Source of the DNA: Octopus sinensis
Taxonomy: Eukaryota
Assembly: GCF_006345805.1 (NCBI RefSeq)
Contig: NC_043020.1
Location: 23,188,001 to 23,252,000, forward strand
Direction: 5' to 3'
DNA length: 64,000 bases
Of the stretch, positions 1-12,281 are shown piece after piece. The position numbers were made by a program, and so were the translations under genes. The notes beneath the pieces were generated by a model, which was given only the letters and a program-made list of their open reading frames with translations, did no database searches and was not told where the DNA came from. The first letter of the stretch is position 1. Each line of letters opens with the position of its first letter.

Positions 1-12
1 ATATATATACAC

Positions 13-43
<31 letters not shown>

Positions 44-516
44 CACATATGTATACACATACGCGCGCGCATGTGTGTGTGTGTGTGTGCGCGCGTGCGC
101 GCGTGCAGGAATTCAGTTGTCATTGCGTGTTTAGATTTTCAATAATCCTTATAGATATCCAGGAAATTTACACAAATGTTTTATAGAACCTGAATCTCCG
201 TTTTATTTGTCGGTAGATAGGCAGAATCGTAAGAGCATCGAGAAATATAAAAATTAGGAATGAAAAATTAAAAAAAAGGAAAGAAACATTTGCAGTATTT
301 CTTCTGACTCTTTACGTTCTGAGTTCAAATACTGCTGGGTGTCAACTTTGCCTTTCATCCTTTCGGGATTAATAAAATAGAGTATTCTTTTCTACTCTAG
401 ACATTTTTGGGGAGAGGCCAGTCGATTAGATCGATTAGTTCGACCCCAGTACGGATGAAAGGCAAAGTCGACCTCGGCGGAATTTGAACTTAGAACGCAG
501 CGGCAGAAGAAATACC

Positions 517-1339
517 AATTTCTTTATTGCCCCTCAACAAAAATATTTAGGACTCCCCCCCCCTACATCCATGATTTCTGGGAGTTGTTCTATAAATTTT
601 TTGGTCAGTAGTATGAGGTTAAGCGTTTGACCAGTCTAATAGGTATTCTCTGTGACGGTAGCCTGCAGGAGGTTAATATTATCTTCCCTGTTTGCCAGGA
701 CTGCCGCCATCAAGCACATAGGGTTAACTCCGGGTGGAATTCTTGGTATTCTCACTTTTGATGTTCTCTTTCCCATGTAAATTGGGATTAATATTGTCTT
801 TCAACTCTAAAGATTTTATAGAATGTTTTTGTGCCGTTTCTGCTTTCTTGAACCTCACCACGATGGTTCCAAACTTCGTCCCTCTGGCTAGATATGTAAT
901 ATCCTGCCAGGTGGGTTTTAGACTATTTTCAATTTTTTGCTCACATATCTTATATATTTTACGAGCTTTTAAGCAGAATGTCTTAAAAATAATAATTTTC
1001 TTTTTTTCCTCCGTTAATTCTTCTGGTATTTCCACTTTTACTACTCCATCTCGTTCTGTTATCATATCTTTGTATTTTAGTAATTCTTTTTTGTCAGTTG
1101 ACAGCTATCGCGTTCCACTACCAGCTGCTGACGCAAAACTTTTCCTTTCTTCATTTCGGATAGTCTTTTCTTCTGTCTTTCTTTTGGTGTTCGTAACTTT
1201 TCCTCCACAGGTGAAAACCACAAATAGCCTTCGAAAGAAAACTATACAATTTTTTCAACAATAAGTCCAACAATAACCACAAGAGATATAACAATTAACA
1301 GAAACTTACGAACACACTCCAATAATAAATTTTCAATAA
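517..1339 (-). mobile_element. Internally deleted Tx1-clade LINE (5'UTR + ORF1 N-terminal part joined to 3' tail) inserted in SINE-A
   Basis: ORF 724-1065 (IIFKTFC...IENSLKPTWQDITYLARGTKFGTIVVRF) aligns by eye with ORF1 at 34641 (VVFKTFC...IEKCLSPIWKDIVYVARGRAYGTVDVRF). Ends GGGCAATAAAGAAAT. Flanked on the minus strand by GGTATTT(TGT)TCGTCTG (1340-1356) and GGTATTTCTTCTG (504-516). Confidence 0.8.
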
Positions 1340-1356
1340 CAGACGAACAAAATACC

Positions 1357-1587
1357 TATATTTCTTTACTACCCACAGAGGGCTAAACACAGAAGCGACG
1401 AACAAGGACAGACAAACGGATTAAGTCATATCCACCTCAGTACGTAACTGGTACTTATTTAATCGACCCAGAAAGGATGAAAAGCAAAGTCGACCTCGGT
1501 GGAATTTGAACTCAGAATGCAGCTGCGGACGAAATACCGCTAAGCATTTCGCCCGGCGTGTTAACGTTTCTGCCAGCTCGCCGCCTT
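1357..1587 (-). mobile_element. tRNA-derived SINE-A with Tx1-like tail
   Basis: Head GGCGGCGAGCTGGCAGAAACGTT, B-box-like GAGTTCAAATTCC, central GAGGTCGACTTTGCTTTTCATCCTTTC, tail TTTGTCTGTCCTTG...GGGTAGTAAAGAAATA. Confidence 0.85.
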
Positions 1588-1879
1588 GGGACCTTGACTA
1601 AATCTCGCCCGCTCCAAGAATGTCGGCTCTTCTCTTTAAATTAGAATGAGAATATTTAATATCATTAAAAGAAGTTTGCTCCTCAACTGCGTTGATTTCG
1701 GTTTGATCTCGCTGCTTCTTAATTTGAGCATTTTTTCCCGTATTTAAGTACATTAACTTAATTACTCTTTGGGTAAAAAATTCGTTTTGCAACCACGTGG
1801 TTCCGAGGTCAGGTTCACTGCATGGCATCTTCCGCAAGTGTGTTATACTATAGCACTGGGTTGAAAAAATATATATATA

Positions 1880-2045
1880 TTTGAAATTTTATACTTATAT
1901 CTCTTTGTCTATTTACCTTTACTGTATATTTTGTATAATGCCTTTACTGATATGTAATGGTGTAATAAAGTATTGATTGGGTATCATCTGATAGTTGATG
2001 TTTTATTGATTTAAGTATGTTTCTCCATTTTCTAATTTTGTAGTA
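1880..2045 (+). mobile_element. 3'-terminal fragment of the Penelope-like family seen at 14550-14726
   Basis: Similar to 14550-14726 (ATATGTAATGGTG...TTTCTCCATT.TCTAATTTTGTA); followed by (TA)n. Confidence 0.7.
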
Positions 2046-2070
2046 TATATATATATATATATATATATAT

Positions 2071-2293
2071 AAGAGGGATGACCACTATGCTAGAAGTAGA
2101 CCCGCTATGGTCTTACCACGAAGAAAGGAATGTTCTCAAGAAAATTTAGTAAACGTCAGAACGTAGGTCGACCTCGGCGCTAACGTTCTAGCGTTAGCTA
2201 AATTTTCTTGAGAACATTCCTTTCTTAGTGGTAAGACGATAGCGGATCTACTTCTAGCATAAGGGTTGTCCTCGCCGTGGTCATCCTTCTTAT
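2071..2293. repeat. Fold-back (MITE-like) hairpin in (TA)n
   Basis: TATGCTAGAAGTAGACCCGCTAT...GAAAGGAATGTTCTCAAGAAAATTTAG is the reverse complement of CTAAATTTTCTTGAGAACATTCCTTTC...ATAGCGGATCTACTTCTAGCATA. Confidence 0.8.
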
Positions 2294-2399
2294 ATGTATG
2301 TAATATTATTTTCTGAATCTTCAGATTTTCTTTATGCTAGACCACTGGTTTTAAATTGATATTAATCAAATTAATATTTAATTTTTCACCCTTATTATT

Positions 2400-2484
<85 letters not shown>

Positions 2485-2489
2485 TATGT

Positions 2490-3150
2490 ACTATTTTGCA
2501 GGATTCCTGATGTGAAATCGTGTGTTGAAACAAATATTGCTATATTTGGGGATGCTCCTCTTTTTGCTACATTTTGGTGTGTATCCTTATTTTCACATGC
2601 ATTTGTGTCTATATCTGTGTCTGAATGCGTGAGCGCGTGTGTGCGTGCGTGTCTGTGTTTAGTATGTATGTTTTGTGTGCATGTGTAGGGGTTTGTTTTG
2701 TTTACTACACCGTTTGTATCCGTATTTATTCATTTATTATTGGTTTATTTACCCATTTATTTATTTTTTCACATTCCATCCTTAGTATGTGTAAGTGTGT
2801 CTTGAGCATGTGAATATGGGTTTATGTGTTATACTGCTTGTATCTGTGTCTTTTTCTCTTCTCTCATTAGTCGTCAGGTTGCGCAGTGTGGTGGAGTGTT
2901 TTCTGTTGAGGTTCAGTTTGTCTATTACTCCCTGTGTGATCTGTGTAATAATGTTTAAGTATCGTGCTTACTGTATGTGTTGATAATATCTTAACATCTA
3001 TGCTATTAACCGAGTCTTCATGTTCTTATTGAGCATGTTGGATGAGCACTGACGAGAATTTGTCTTCCTTTAACTCCCACCAGTAATCGTCTATCCGTTC
3101 ACTTATGCTACGTGTTATCTCCGAAATATATGTTGGTACGGAAACAGGAA
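2490..3150 (-). mobile_element. Degenerate Penelope-like fragment (GIY-YIG C-terminal half + 3'UTR)
   Basis: TYISEITRSISERIDDY...SSVLIQH resembles the YIGETxRxLxxRxxEH motif. The 3' part matches 55950-55995 (TGTTTCAACACACGA.TTCACAT). Confidence 0.45.
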
Positions 3151-3717
3151 AACAGCACAGATGTCTTTCATCTTCCGGGATCGATAAAATAAGTACTAGT
3201 TGAGCACTGAGGTCGATGGCCTTTCGCCGAAAGTTTACTAAAAGGTGGCAAGCTGGCAGAATTGTTAGCACGTCAACCAGATGCTTAGCTACATTTCGTC
3301 CATCTTTACGTTCTGCGTCCAAGTTCCACTGGGTTCGGATTTGCCTTCCACCTGACCGGGGTAGATAAAATAGGTACCTATTGAGCATTGGAGTCAATGT
3401 GATTGACTTAACCCCTACGCAAAGCTGCAACCCTTATGCCAAATTTTGAAACCGATGTTAAAAAAATTCCTACAAAAAATATATGGCAAGAAAGCCGCCA
3501 CCATCTTCTAAAAATGAGGTATAGTTGATTAAATAAAGTTTCGTAAAATCTATACATTGGTGTTGAGTATGAAATTGATCGTAGATAGGATAGCGTCTGG
3601 CAATGCAGTCTACCGTGTCTAATTCGTATCACACTTAACAACAACACCAAGAATATGGGCAACGATAAGAACAAGTTCAACAATAACTCCATTGATAATG
3701 CATACGACAAAGAAAAC

Positions 3718-3718
3718 G

Positions 3719-3790
<72 letters not shown>

Positions 3791-4439
3791 TAATGGTGAT
3801 AATGATGATGATGATTTTGGGAAGAAGATGTAAAAGCAAAATGAAGAAGCAAAAGAAAGGAAGAAGAAGAAGAAGAAAGAAGAAGAAGAAGAAGAAAGAA
3901 GAAGAAGAAGAAGAAGAAGAAGAAGAAGAAGGAGGAGAAGATATGTCTGCTGATATTCCAAGCTAAATCATTATATTTTCAATTCTACTCTCTTATATAT
4001 ATCTCACCTTTTCCGTGACATGATGAGAAAAAGAAAGAAAGAAAAACAAAAACAAAGATGAAGAAGAAAATTCTAAAAGGAAAAAAGAAAAGCAAAAAGA
4101 AAAACAACAATAATATTGAATTGTAATCAGTTTTCCTGAAGCTACAATCATCATCGTCATCACCAGCACCAGCAGCAGTACCATTACCATCATCATCGTC
4201 ATCATGACTGTCACCATCAATATCGATTTTCAACCTCTTCCTCCCCCTCATTATCATCATCATTACCACCACCACTTCTCCTATCATCATCACCATCAAT
4301 TTTTACCATATCATCATCACCATCATCATCATCATCACCGTTATCATCACCGTCATCATCATCATCATCGTCGTCGTCGTCGTCACCATCAGCAGCACCA
4401 CCACTACCACCACCTCCGCCACTATCATCATCATCATTG

Positions 4440-4477
<38 letters not shown>

Positions 4478-4636
4478 GTCATCATCGTCGTCGTTTCCAT
4501 TAGCACCACCACCACCACCGCTGCCACCACCACTATCATCATCATCGTCATCACCATCATCCATCATCATCGTCGTCCTCGTCGTCGTCACCATCAAAAC
4601 CACCACCACCACCACAACTATCATCATTGTCATCAC

Positions 4637-4689
<53 letters not shown>

Positions 4690-4885
4690 CCATCAGCACC
4701 TTCATCTCCACCACCACCACCACCACTACCACTATCATCATCGTCGTCATCGTCATCATTGTTATCATCATCATCATCTCCATCCTCATCACATCTACCT
4801 ACATCATCATTATTACCACTACCACCGCAACCACCACCATCACCATCATCATTGTCACCAGCTACCTACCCTCCACCACCACCAC
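3718..4885. repeat. Compound trinucleotide microsatellites (AAT)n, (GAA)n, (CAT/CAC)n
   Basis: Seen directly; explains the poly-N/E/H/S ORFs. Confidence 0.95.
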
Positions 4886-5295
4886 GTTTTACGCCCCACC
4901 AATAACTTACAAACAGAATGATATTAATTTTGGCAGCAATTTCTCGATGTAAGACTTCGCTTTCGTATAATGAAACTCTTCAAGTAGCTATTAAAATGGC
5001 ATTAAAGAAGCGATGTTACGGATGAAGGAAGTTAAACGCCAGAAAAGTTATAAAACGTGTTTTTCGCGCTACTTGCAATAAGTGCTTTAACGGTGCGTTG
5101 AACAAAGTGTTGGCGGAACAGAGTAGTTAAAAGTATTCAATGCTTTGCGGCATGGAACGTGAGTTCAAATGGAACCGCGGCCTTTTTAATATTTTCCCGT
5201 TTATTTCTTTACTTGGCTTAAATCGTTTGAATCCACGATTACGCTTTAGCGGGAACGATCTTATTTGATTAACGCTCATAGAAGGAAAGGAATGT

Positions 5296-6205
5296 GATGG
5301 TTGAGTGGTTGACACGTTAGACATAATGCTTATCGGTATTTCGTCTGCGTTACGTTGTGAGTTCAAATTCCGCCGAGGTCGACTTTGCCTTTCATCCTTT
5401 CGGGTTCGATAAAATAAGTACCAGTTACGCACTGGGGTCGATGCAATCGACTTAATACCTATGTCTGTCCTTGTTTGTCCCCGCTGTGTTTAGCCCCTTG
5501 TGGGTAATAAAGAAATAGGTATTTCGGCTGTGTTTACGTTCTGGGTTCATATTCCACCGAGGCTGACTTTGCCTTTTACCGTTTCGAGGGCGATAAAATA
5601 AGTACTAGTAAAACACTGGGTTTAATGTAATCGTCTAGTCCATACCCAACATTAGTAGAAAGAACTTTTAATATTTAACCCTGGCGAAATGCTTAGCGGT
5701 ATTTCGTCTGCCGTTACGTTCTGAGTTCAAATTCCGCCGAGGTCGACTTTGCCTTTCATCCTTTCGGGGTCGATAAATTAAGTACCAGTTACGCACTGGG
5801 TCCATATAATCGACTTAATCTGTTTGTCTATCCTTGTTTGTCTTCTCTGTGCTTAGCCCCTTGTGGGTAGTAAAGAAATAAGTATTTCGTCTTGTCTTTA
5901 TGTTCTGAGTTCAAATTCCGCCGAGGTCGACTTTGCCTTTCATCCTTTCAGGGTCGATAAATTAAGTACCAGTTACGCACTGGGGTAGATATAATCGACT
6001 TAGTCCGGTTGTCTGTCCTTGTTTGTCTTCTCTGTGCTTAGCCCTTTGTGGGTAGTAAAGAAATAAGTATTTCGTCTTGTCTTTGTGTTCTGAGTTCAAA
6101 TTCCACCGAGGTCGACTTTGCCTTTGAACTAAGAACGTAAATACAAGACGAAATACTGCTAAGCATTTCGCCCGGCGCGCTAACGTTTCTGCCAGCTCGT
6201 CGCCT
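5296..6205 (+). mobile_element. Nested SINE-A arrays (Tx1-tailed units, one native-tail unit) ending in an inverted SINE-A head
   Basis: Units restart at (G/A)GTATTTCG after AAAGAAATA at ~5518, ~5881 and ~6066. 6123-6205 is an inverted head. Confidence 0.85.
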
Positions 6206-6829
6206 TGATCTAACTTCTGTGAGTTCAACGACCAAATCACAAGGCTACGTGCCTATATATTAAAACACATTTGCGAATTTTCTAGAGAAACACAGATGCT
6301 TTTTGTCACATAAAATCTAAGCGGCAATGCATCATAAGGGGATTATTTATTCATGAAATTAAAATTCAAACGAAAATCTCAAAAACCAAAAGGGAAAATA
6401 CCATTATATTTTCACAATTATATTTTTTCCTCTGTTCTTTAATGAAACAAAGCATAATAGCAATAATTAATATTGCTGTCATAATTAATTTGTTTATTTA
6501 ATTACTTCTTATATGTCTTTTGTATAAATTTTTTATGGTGTAATAAAAGTGGCAATTTAATGTGAACTGTATGTCACATTTGAAACAGGGCGTGTCCGAG
6601 ATTGGGCTAATTAACGATCCTGAATAATTTCAAAGTTAATTGTGTGTGTGTGTGTGGTTAAGGAGGTTATTTTGTAATCACTCAGTTCCAGGGTTCAGTT
6701 CCACTCCGCGGCACCTGTGCAAATGTCTTCTGCTACCGTTCGGAATGCCTTTTTAATGAATTTAGTGGACGGAAACTAGGTGGAAGCCCGTCGTATATAT
6801 AAATGAAGACAGACGGATAAACAGATAGA

Positions 6830-6980
6830 TTAACATATAAACAGATAGACAGAAAGACAGACAGACAGACAGATAGATAAATAGATGCATAGAATGACAG
6901 ACAGAACGATAGATAGGTAGATAGATAGATAGACAGACAGATAGGTGGACAGACAGACAGATATATATATATAGAGAGAG

Positions 6981-7023
<43 letters not shown>

Positions 7024-7067
7024 CAGACGGGGGATAGATAGACAAACAGACAGATAGATAGATAGAT
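6830..7067. repeat. (GATA/GACA)n compound microsatellite
   Basis: Seen directly. Confidence 0.95.
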
Positions 7068-7140
7068 ATGTTTCTTTATTAGCCACACAGGGCTGCACAC
7101 AGATAGAACAAATTACAAGGTAGAGCTTTTCTTTTGAAGG

Positions 7141-7174
<34 letters not shown>

Positions 7175-8409
7175 AAGGGGGAGGTTCGATCAAAAGGGAT
7201 CGTAAAAGGAGAGAAAGAGGACAAAAATAAGGGGGGTTAAAAAAAAAAAAAAAAAAAAAGGGGGGGAGAGGAAAAAAAAATGATCAATAGGGATCGTTAT
7301 CACAGAAATGTCAATATGAAGTGTAAAGGGGAGGACAGGTGAGGTTTACCCGTGGAAAGAAAAGCCTGCGGAAAAGACCACGGTAACCTCGGTCAATGAA
7401 GTCACATTTTATATTTCTTTTTTTTTTTTTTTTTTTTTTTTGCAAATAAGCAACTCTCTGTTTTCGATTTCTGGGTTCATAGGACTATGCTCAAGGTGGC
7501 TTCGTCATTCATACGTGCCATTCTTGCTACATTCACCCATCTTTTTTTAAAACATTCGCTAGACAAAACTTGCCTCTCTACTCTCACTTTCCTTTTCAAG
7601 TGGTACTTGAAGAAGTTGATGAGAGATTGACCAGAGAGGAAAGTGTTTGTCACCAATCCTTTCAGACGCGTCCACCAGATACATTCTTTCGCCATAGCCA
7701 CAAGGATGATGAAAATAGCTCTTCCTTCCCGTTTGAAGGAAGGAGGCGTGACAATATTGACGATAGACTCAGCTGATAAACCGACTCGCCCCACACGTGA
7801 CAGCAGTTGTTCGACATAAGCCCACAGGTCGGAAATTGTTGGACACTGAACGAGTGCGTGCAGAACGGTTTCGTCGCTCTGACCGCATCTCGGGCAGGTC
7901 GGCCCCGTGTTTCTCGAGCCGTGTCTGTAGAGCTTATCCCGAACGGGTAGCGCTTCTCGGTAGCACTGCCAGGCCAGGGATCTCTGGAAGTTGTCCATGG
8001 GCCCTGGCCCGAAAGTCGTCCCGAACAGGCGGGTCAGGTACTCCTCGTCGACGTCCAGGTTCGCCCCGAGCTCGTCGTCGTACCTCCCCTCCACTAAACC
8101 CCTATAGAATGCTTTGGTTGTGTTGAAGTCACTAAGGTCGACCCAGGACGGCAGAGTTGCTTGAGAGCAACGCGACACTCGCGGTGCCATTCGCCCTTCC
8201 TCGGCCTCTTTTTGATCCACGACTGCAGTTCGGTCATGGAGACGAGCTGCGGGAAAGCGTGCCTCACAAACGGCGACCACACCTGTTCACCGTCGTCTAC
8301 ATAGAGCCAGAGATGTCGCAGTCTCAGCGCGTGTCTGCGCATCATCAACCACGGCATGCCCAGCCCTCCTTTTAACGGGTGTGGACAGCAAATGGATCGC
8401 CTGACCAAG

Positions 8410-8410
<1 letters not shown>
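7068..8410 (-). mobile_element. 5'-truncated Tx1-clade LINE (ORF2 C-terminus + 3'UTR) inserted in (ATCT)n
   Basis: Translation PLKGGLGMPWL...ALRLRHLWLY...LAWQCYREALPVRDKL...CPRCGQSDETVLHALVQC is closely homologous to ORF2 at 38430-39300. Tail GCCCTGTGTGGCTAATAAAGAAAC runs into (ATCT)n; (ATCT)n lies on both sides. Confidence 0.92.
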
Positions 8411-8456
<46 letters not shown>

Positions 8457-8807
8457 CAGACAGACGGGGGATAGATAGACAAACAGAGAGATAGATAGAT
8501 AGATAGATAGATAGACAGACGGGGGATAGATAGACAAACAGACAGATAGATAGATAGATAGATAGATAGATATAGATAGATAGATAAATAGATAGGTAGA
8601 TAGATAGATAGATAGACAGACGGGGGATGATAGACAAACAGATAGATAGATAGATAGATAGATAGATAAATATATAGATAGATAGATAGATAGAGAGATA
8701 GAGAGATAGGTGGACAGACAGACAGCGCGTGTCTGCGCATCATCAACCACGGCATGCCCAGCCCTCCTTTTAACGGGTGTTGACAGCAAATGGATCGCCT
8801 GACCAAG

Positions 8808-8862
<55 letters not shown>

Positions 8863-8894
8863 CAGACAGACGGGGGATAGATAGACAAACAGAG

Positions 8895-8925
<31 letters not shown>

Positions 8926-8953
8926 CAGACGGGGGATAGATAGACAAACAGAC

Positions 8954-8987
<34 letters not shown>

Positions 8988-9050
8988 ATAGATAGGTAGA
9001 TAGATAGATAGATAGACAGACGGGGGATAGATAGACAAACAGATAGATAG

Positions 9051-9081
<31 letters not shown>

Positions 9082-9113
9082 GATAGATAGATAGAGAGAT
9101 AGAGAGATAGGTG

Positions 9114-9125
<12 letters not shown>
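8328..9125. repeat. ~400-bp tandem duplication of the Tx1 5' junction plus (GATA)n array
   Basis: CGCGTGTCTGCGCATCATCAACC...CTGACCAAGA at 8328 and again at 8726, each followed by the same compound GATA pattern. Confidence 0.85.
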
Positions 9126-9151
<26 letters not shown>

Positions 9152-9963
9152 TAGATAGATAGATAGATAAATAGATTTATAAGTAGCGTCGAAAGTTTCC
9201 GTAGAAAGAGAGAAGTGAAAGAAGAGCGCTCTATCAGGTGAAGAGAGCTGAATGTTATTAACATTGTCTACCAGCACAGTTAGTGCTTTAGGTTTCGTAA
9301 TTCCTATTGTTAGACAACTATTTAATGCCCACGTATCATGTGGATTTCTCTTCAGTCGTCTTATCCGGAACTGATGAGAGATCCATAAGACACATAGGCA
9401 GGCTTAGTAGTTGGACGGAAAATACGAAGGCACTTACACAGGCTCGCAACGTCGATCGCTGTCAGAATGCCGGCTCCACGGAGCTGATCTCAGTTGCGTC
9501 CTGTCTGGTGAGAAGCCGGGGGCCGAAGAGAGAGAATAGCGGTGAAGCCCAACTGCTGCTGATGACTGCGCATGCGCATGAGGAGCTTCCGGTAGACCTT
9601 CCGGAAGACTAATCTCTGCGCATGCGGGAATGAAAATTCCAAAATGGCATTTGGAACGAGGCGTCGCTACGCACACAAACACACACGCATATATGTATGT
9701 ATATATATATGCATTAAGATGTAATCTATACTTATATTTATATATATTCTACTTATTATACAACATTACTCTTTTATGTACACTTTTTTATGTACACTCT
9801 TTTATGTACACTGATTTGTTCTGCTTTTTTATGTTTAACCCTACAGTCTCTTATGTGGTGGTTTAATAAAGTATGTGATTGAGTATTATCTGGTAATTGA
9901 TATTTGATTTAGATGTATTTCTCCATTTTCTTATCTTATATTCATATATATATATATAATATA

Positions 9964-10002
<39 letters not shown>

Positions 10003-10217
10003 TAATCGCTACCACACCGGACCGGACAAAATGTTTAGCGGTACTTCGTCTGCCGTTACGTTCTGAGTTCTAATTCCGCCGATGTCCACTTTTCATCTTT
10101 TCAGGTCGATAAATTAAGTATCAATGAAACACTAGGGGCGATGTAATCGACCATCCCCATCCCCCAATTTTTTAGGCTTTGTGCCTATAGCAGAAAGGCT
10201 TATACATTTATATATAT

Positions 10218-10249
<32 letters not shown>

Positions 10250-10251
<2 letters not shown>

Positions 10252-10522
10252 CGTGACCGACCAGACTATCAGATGTTGGTTCACATTGTTTTAGCCTTCA
10301 AATGACGCCACCCCGCTGGCTAAGCGAGCAGGCCAACAGAAGAAAGAGTGAGAGAAAGTTGTGGCGAAAGAGTACACCAGGGATCGCCCCTCCCCTGCCG
10401 GAGCCTCGTGGAGCTTTAGTTGTTTTCGCTCAATAAACACTCACAACGCCCGGTTTGGGAATCTAAACCGCGATCCTACGACCGCGAGTCCGCTGCCCTA
10501 ACCACTGGGCAATTGCGCCTCC
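10250..10522 (-). mobile_element. tRNA(Arg-like)-derived SINE-C
   Basis: Minus strand reads GGAGGCGCAATTGCCCAGTGGTAGGGCAGCGGACTCGCGGTCGTAGGATCGCGGTTTAGATTCCC (A/B boxes, TCG anticodon-like loop). Confidence 0.75.
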
Positions 10523-11467
10523 ACACACACACATACATACATACATACATACATACATACATCTTTTGTTCTCACGTGACCGCTAGCCGCTGTTGAGCGC
10601 TCTTTTCGTTTCAGCAGTCGCAGAAGCAACACGTATTTGTTCGTCTCCCCGCGGCCATTAGGCACAACTTCACAAGCCAGCCCCATACTCAACTCGTCCT
10701 GTCGAAAGACCCTTGTCCTACGTCCTGGTTTTGTTCTGTTGTTTATTTTTTATTTTTACCGTTATTGTTTCTACGTTTTTGTATTCTTATTGGTGTCACG
10801 TATTCTGTATTTTTGTTGTTCGTGTACTTCGTTCGTTTTCTGTCCTCGTGTTGTATACATTCGAAGCTTTCTTCCAGGGGATCTAATGCGCTTGGCTTAG
10901 ATTTCCCTTGGCGGGCTGGCCATATCGGAGCAATCTCAAGATTAATCAGCCGAAATTGCTAAGATGATCTGGTTCTTGACTGATGACTGAGGGCTTCGAA
11001 TGTCCCGTCCTGTGGTTCTTGTGTCGTCTCTGTGGTGTTTCATGTTCTTGTCCATGTCTGTAATTATTTTTACTGTTTACCTATATATATATATATATAT
11101 ATAAAATGAGATAGGGGTTGAAAATTCAACCCACCATGGGATAATATATATCCAATATACTGCTAGATAGGTACCCAACAAAATTAATACATAGATGTTA
11201 AAAATTGTCAAACAATCAGTTCATCTATTGCATTATATGGGTAAAGGTAATAATATTACCTTAAATTAATACTACAAAATTAGAGAATGGAGAAATATAC
11301 TTAAATCAGTAAAACATCAACTATCCGATGATACTCAATCCATACTTTAATACACCATTACATATGAGTAAAGGCAATACATAAAATGAAATGAGATATA
11401 CAGTAATAGTAAAAGATAAAGAGATATAAGTAAAAAATTTTCAAATATAATATGCAAATAAATCAAA

Positions 11468-11577
11468 ACTGACAGCTGTTTCGGCAGTGAGGACAGTCAT
11501 ACCTCATTTAACCTATAAGCCATAAAGGCAGGTATAAATGAGGCATTAACAAGGATGCCCCACGGCCTCTTCAGAGA
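11468..11577 (-). ncRNA. Second copy of the hammerhead ribozyme, in the inverted arm
   Basis: Reverse complement of 14420-14530. Confidence 0.72.
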
Positions 11578-11951
11578 ATTAAATTAAATTTGTTATAATA
11601 GTGAAAAATATTATACAATCATATACATATAAATATAAAAATATAAAAATGTAAAATATAAAAACTTATACATCATAAAGCTACACTTATATAATAATAC
11701 ACATTTGTACAAAAAAGGAAGGTAAACAGAACAAAATAAAACAAAAATATAAATAGTGTATATATTAATATCAATAAGTACCGATATTATACATATTTGG
11801 CTAATAGTTTTTTTTAATATATATAAAAAAAAAAAAAAAAAAAAAAAAAAGGCTAACATATATGGAGATGAAAAATAATAATTAAATCCGTGGTACAGTT
11901 CATAAGATTCTAAAGCTATAAAAGTTAATAAAAATTACTATTATTACACAA

Positions 11952-12281
11952 TTGAGTAGTAGGGTGTATATCGGGGCAACTATGAATAGCATAAAACAAA
12001 GATGGAATTATCACAGATATACTTTTAGGAATAAAAATAGAATGTACTCTACAGGGCTAAGTGCATACATTTGGGAGCTTAAAAATAAGAACTTAGATTT
12101 TAGATTAAACTGGAAAATACTAACTTCAGCACCTGTGTATAATGGAAAAAATAAAAAATGCTCTCTATGTATTAATGAAATTTTCTTCATTATTAAAGCG
12201 GGTCGGCAAATTATTAACAACATTAATGAAAAAAACTCTTTTGTATTCATGGCTACCGTTCACCTTTCTAGATTCAAATAG
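11952..12281 (+). pseudogene. GIY-YIG endonuclease C-terminal fragment of a Penelope-like element
   Basis: VYIGAT...KQRWNYH...STGLSAYIWELK...WKIL...KCSLCINE; a terminal CIH appears after a frameshift near 12240. Confidence 0.85.

Noticed and set aside
3408-4952. Long poly-H/S/I/D/N ORFs
   Set aside because: Translations of trinucleotide microsatellites that are open in several frames on both strands.
8094-9277. 300-aa LSIY-repeat ORFs
   Set aside because: (ATCT)n has no stop codons in these frames; the only informative part is the Tx1 fragment.
9371-9460. CTGATGA-GAG...CTC-GCAAC-GTC hammerhead-like string
   Set aside because: GAAA is broken and no stem I pairing is present.
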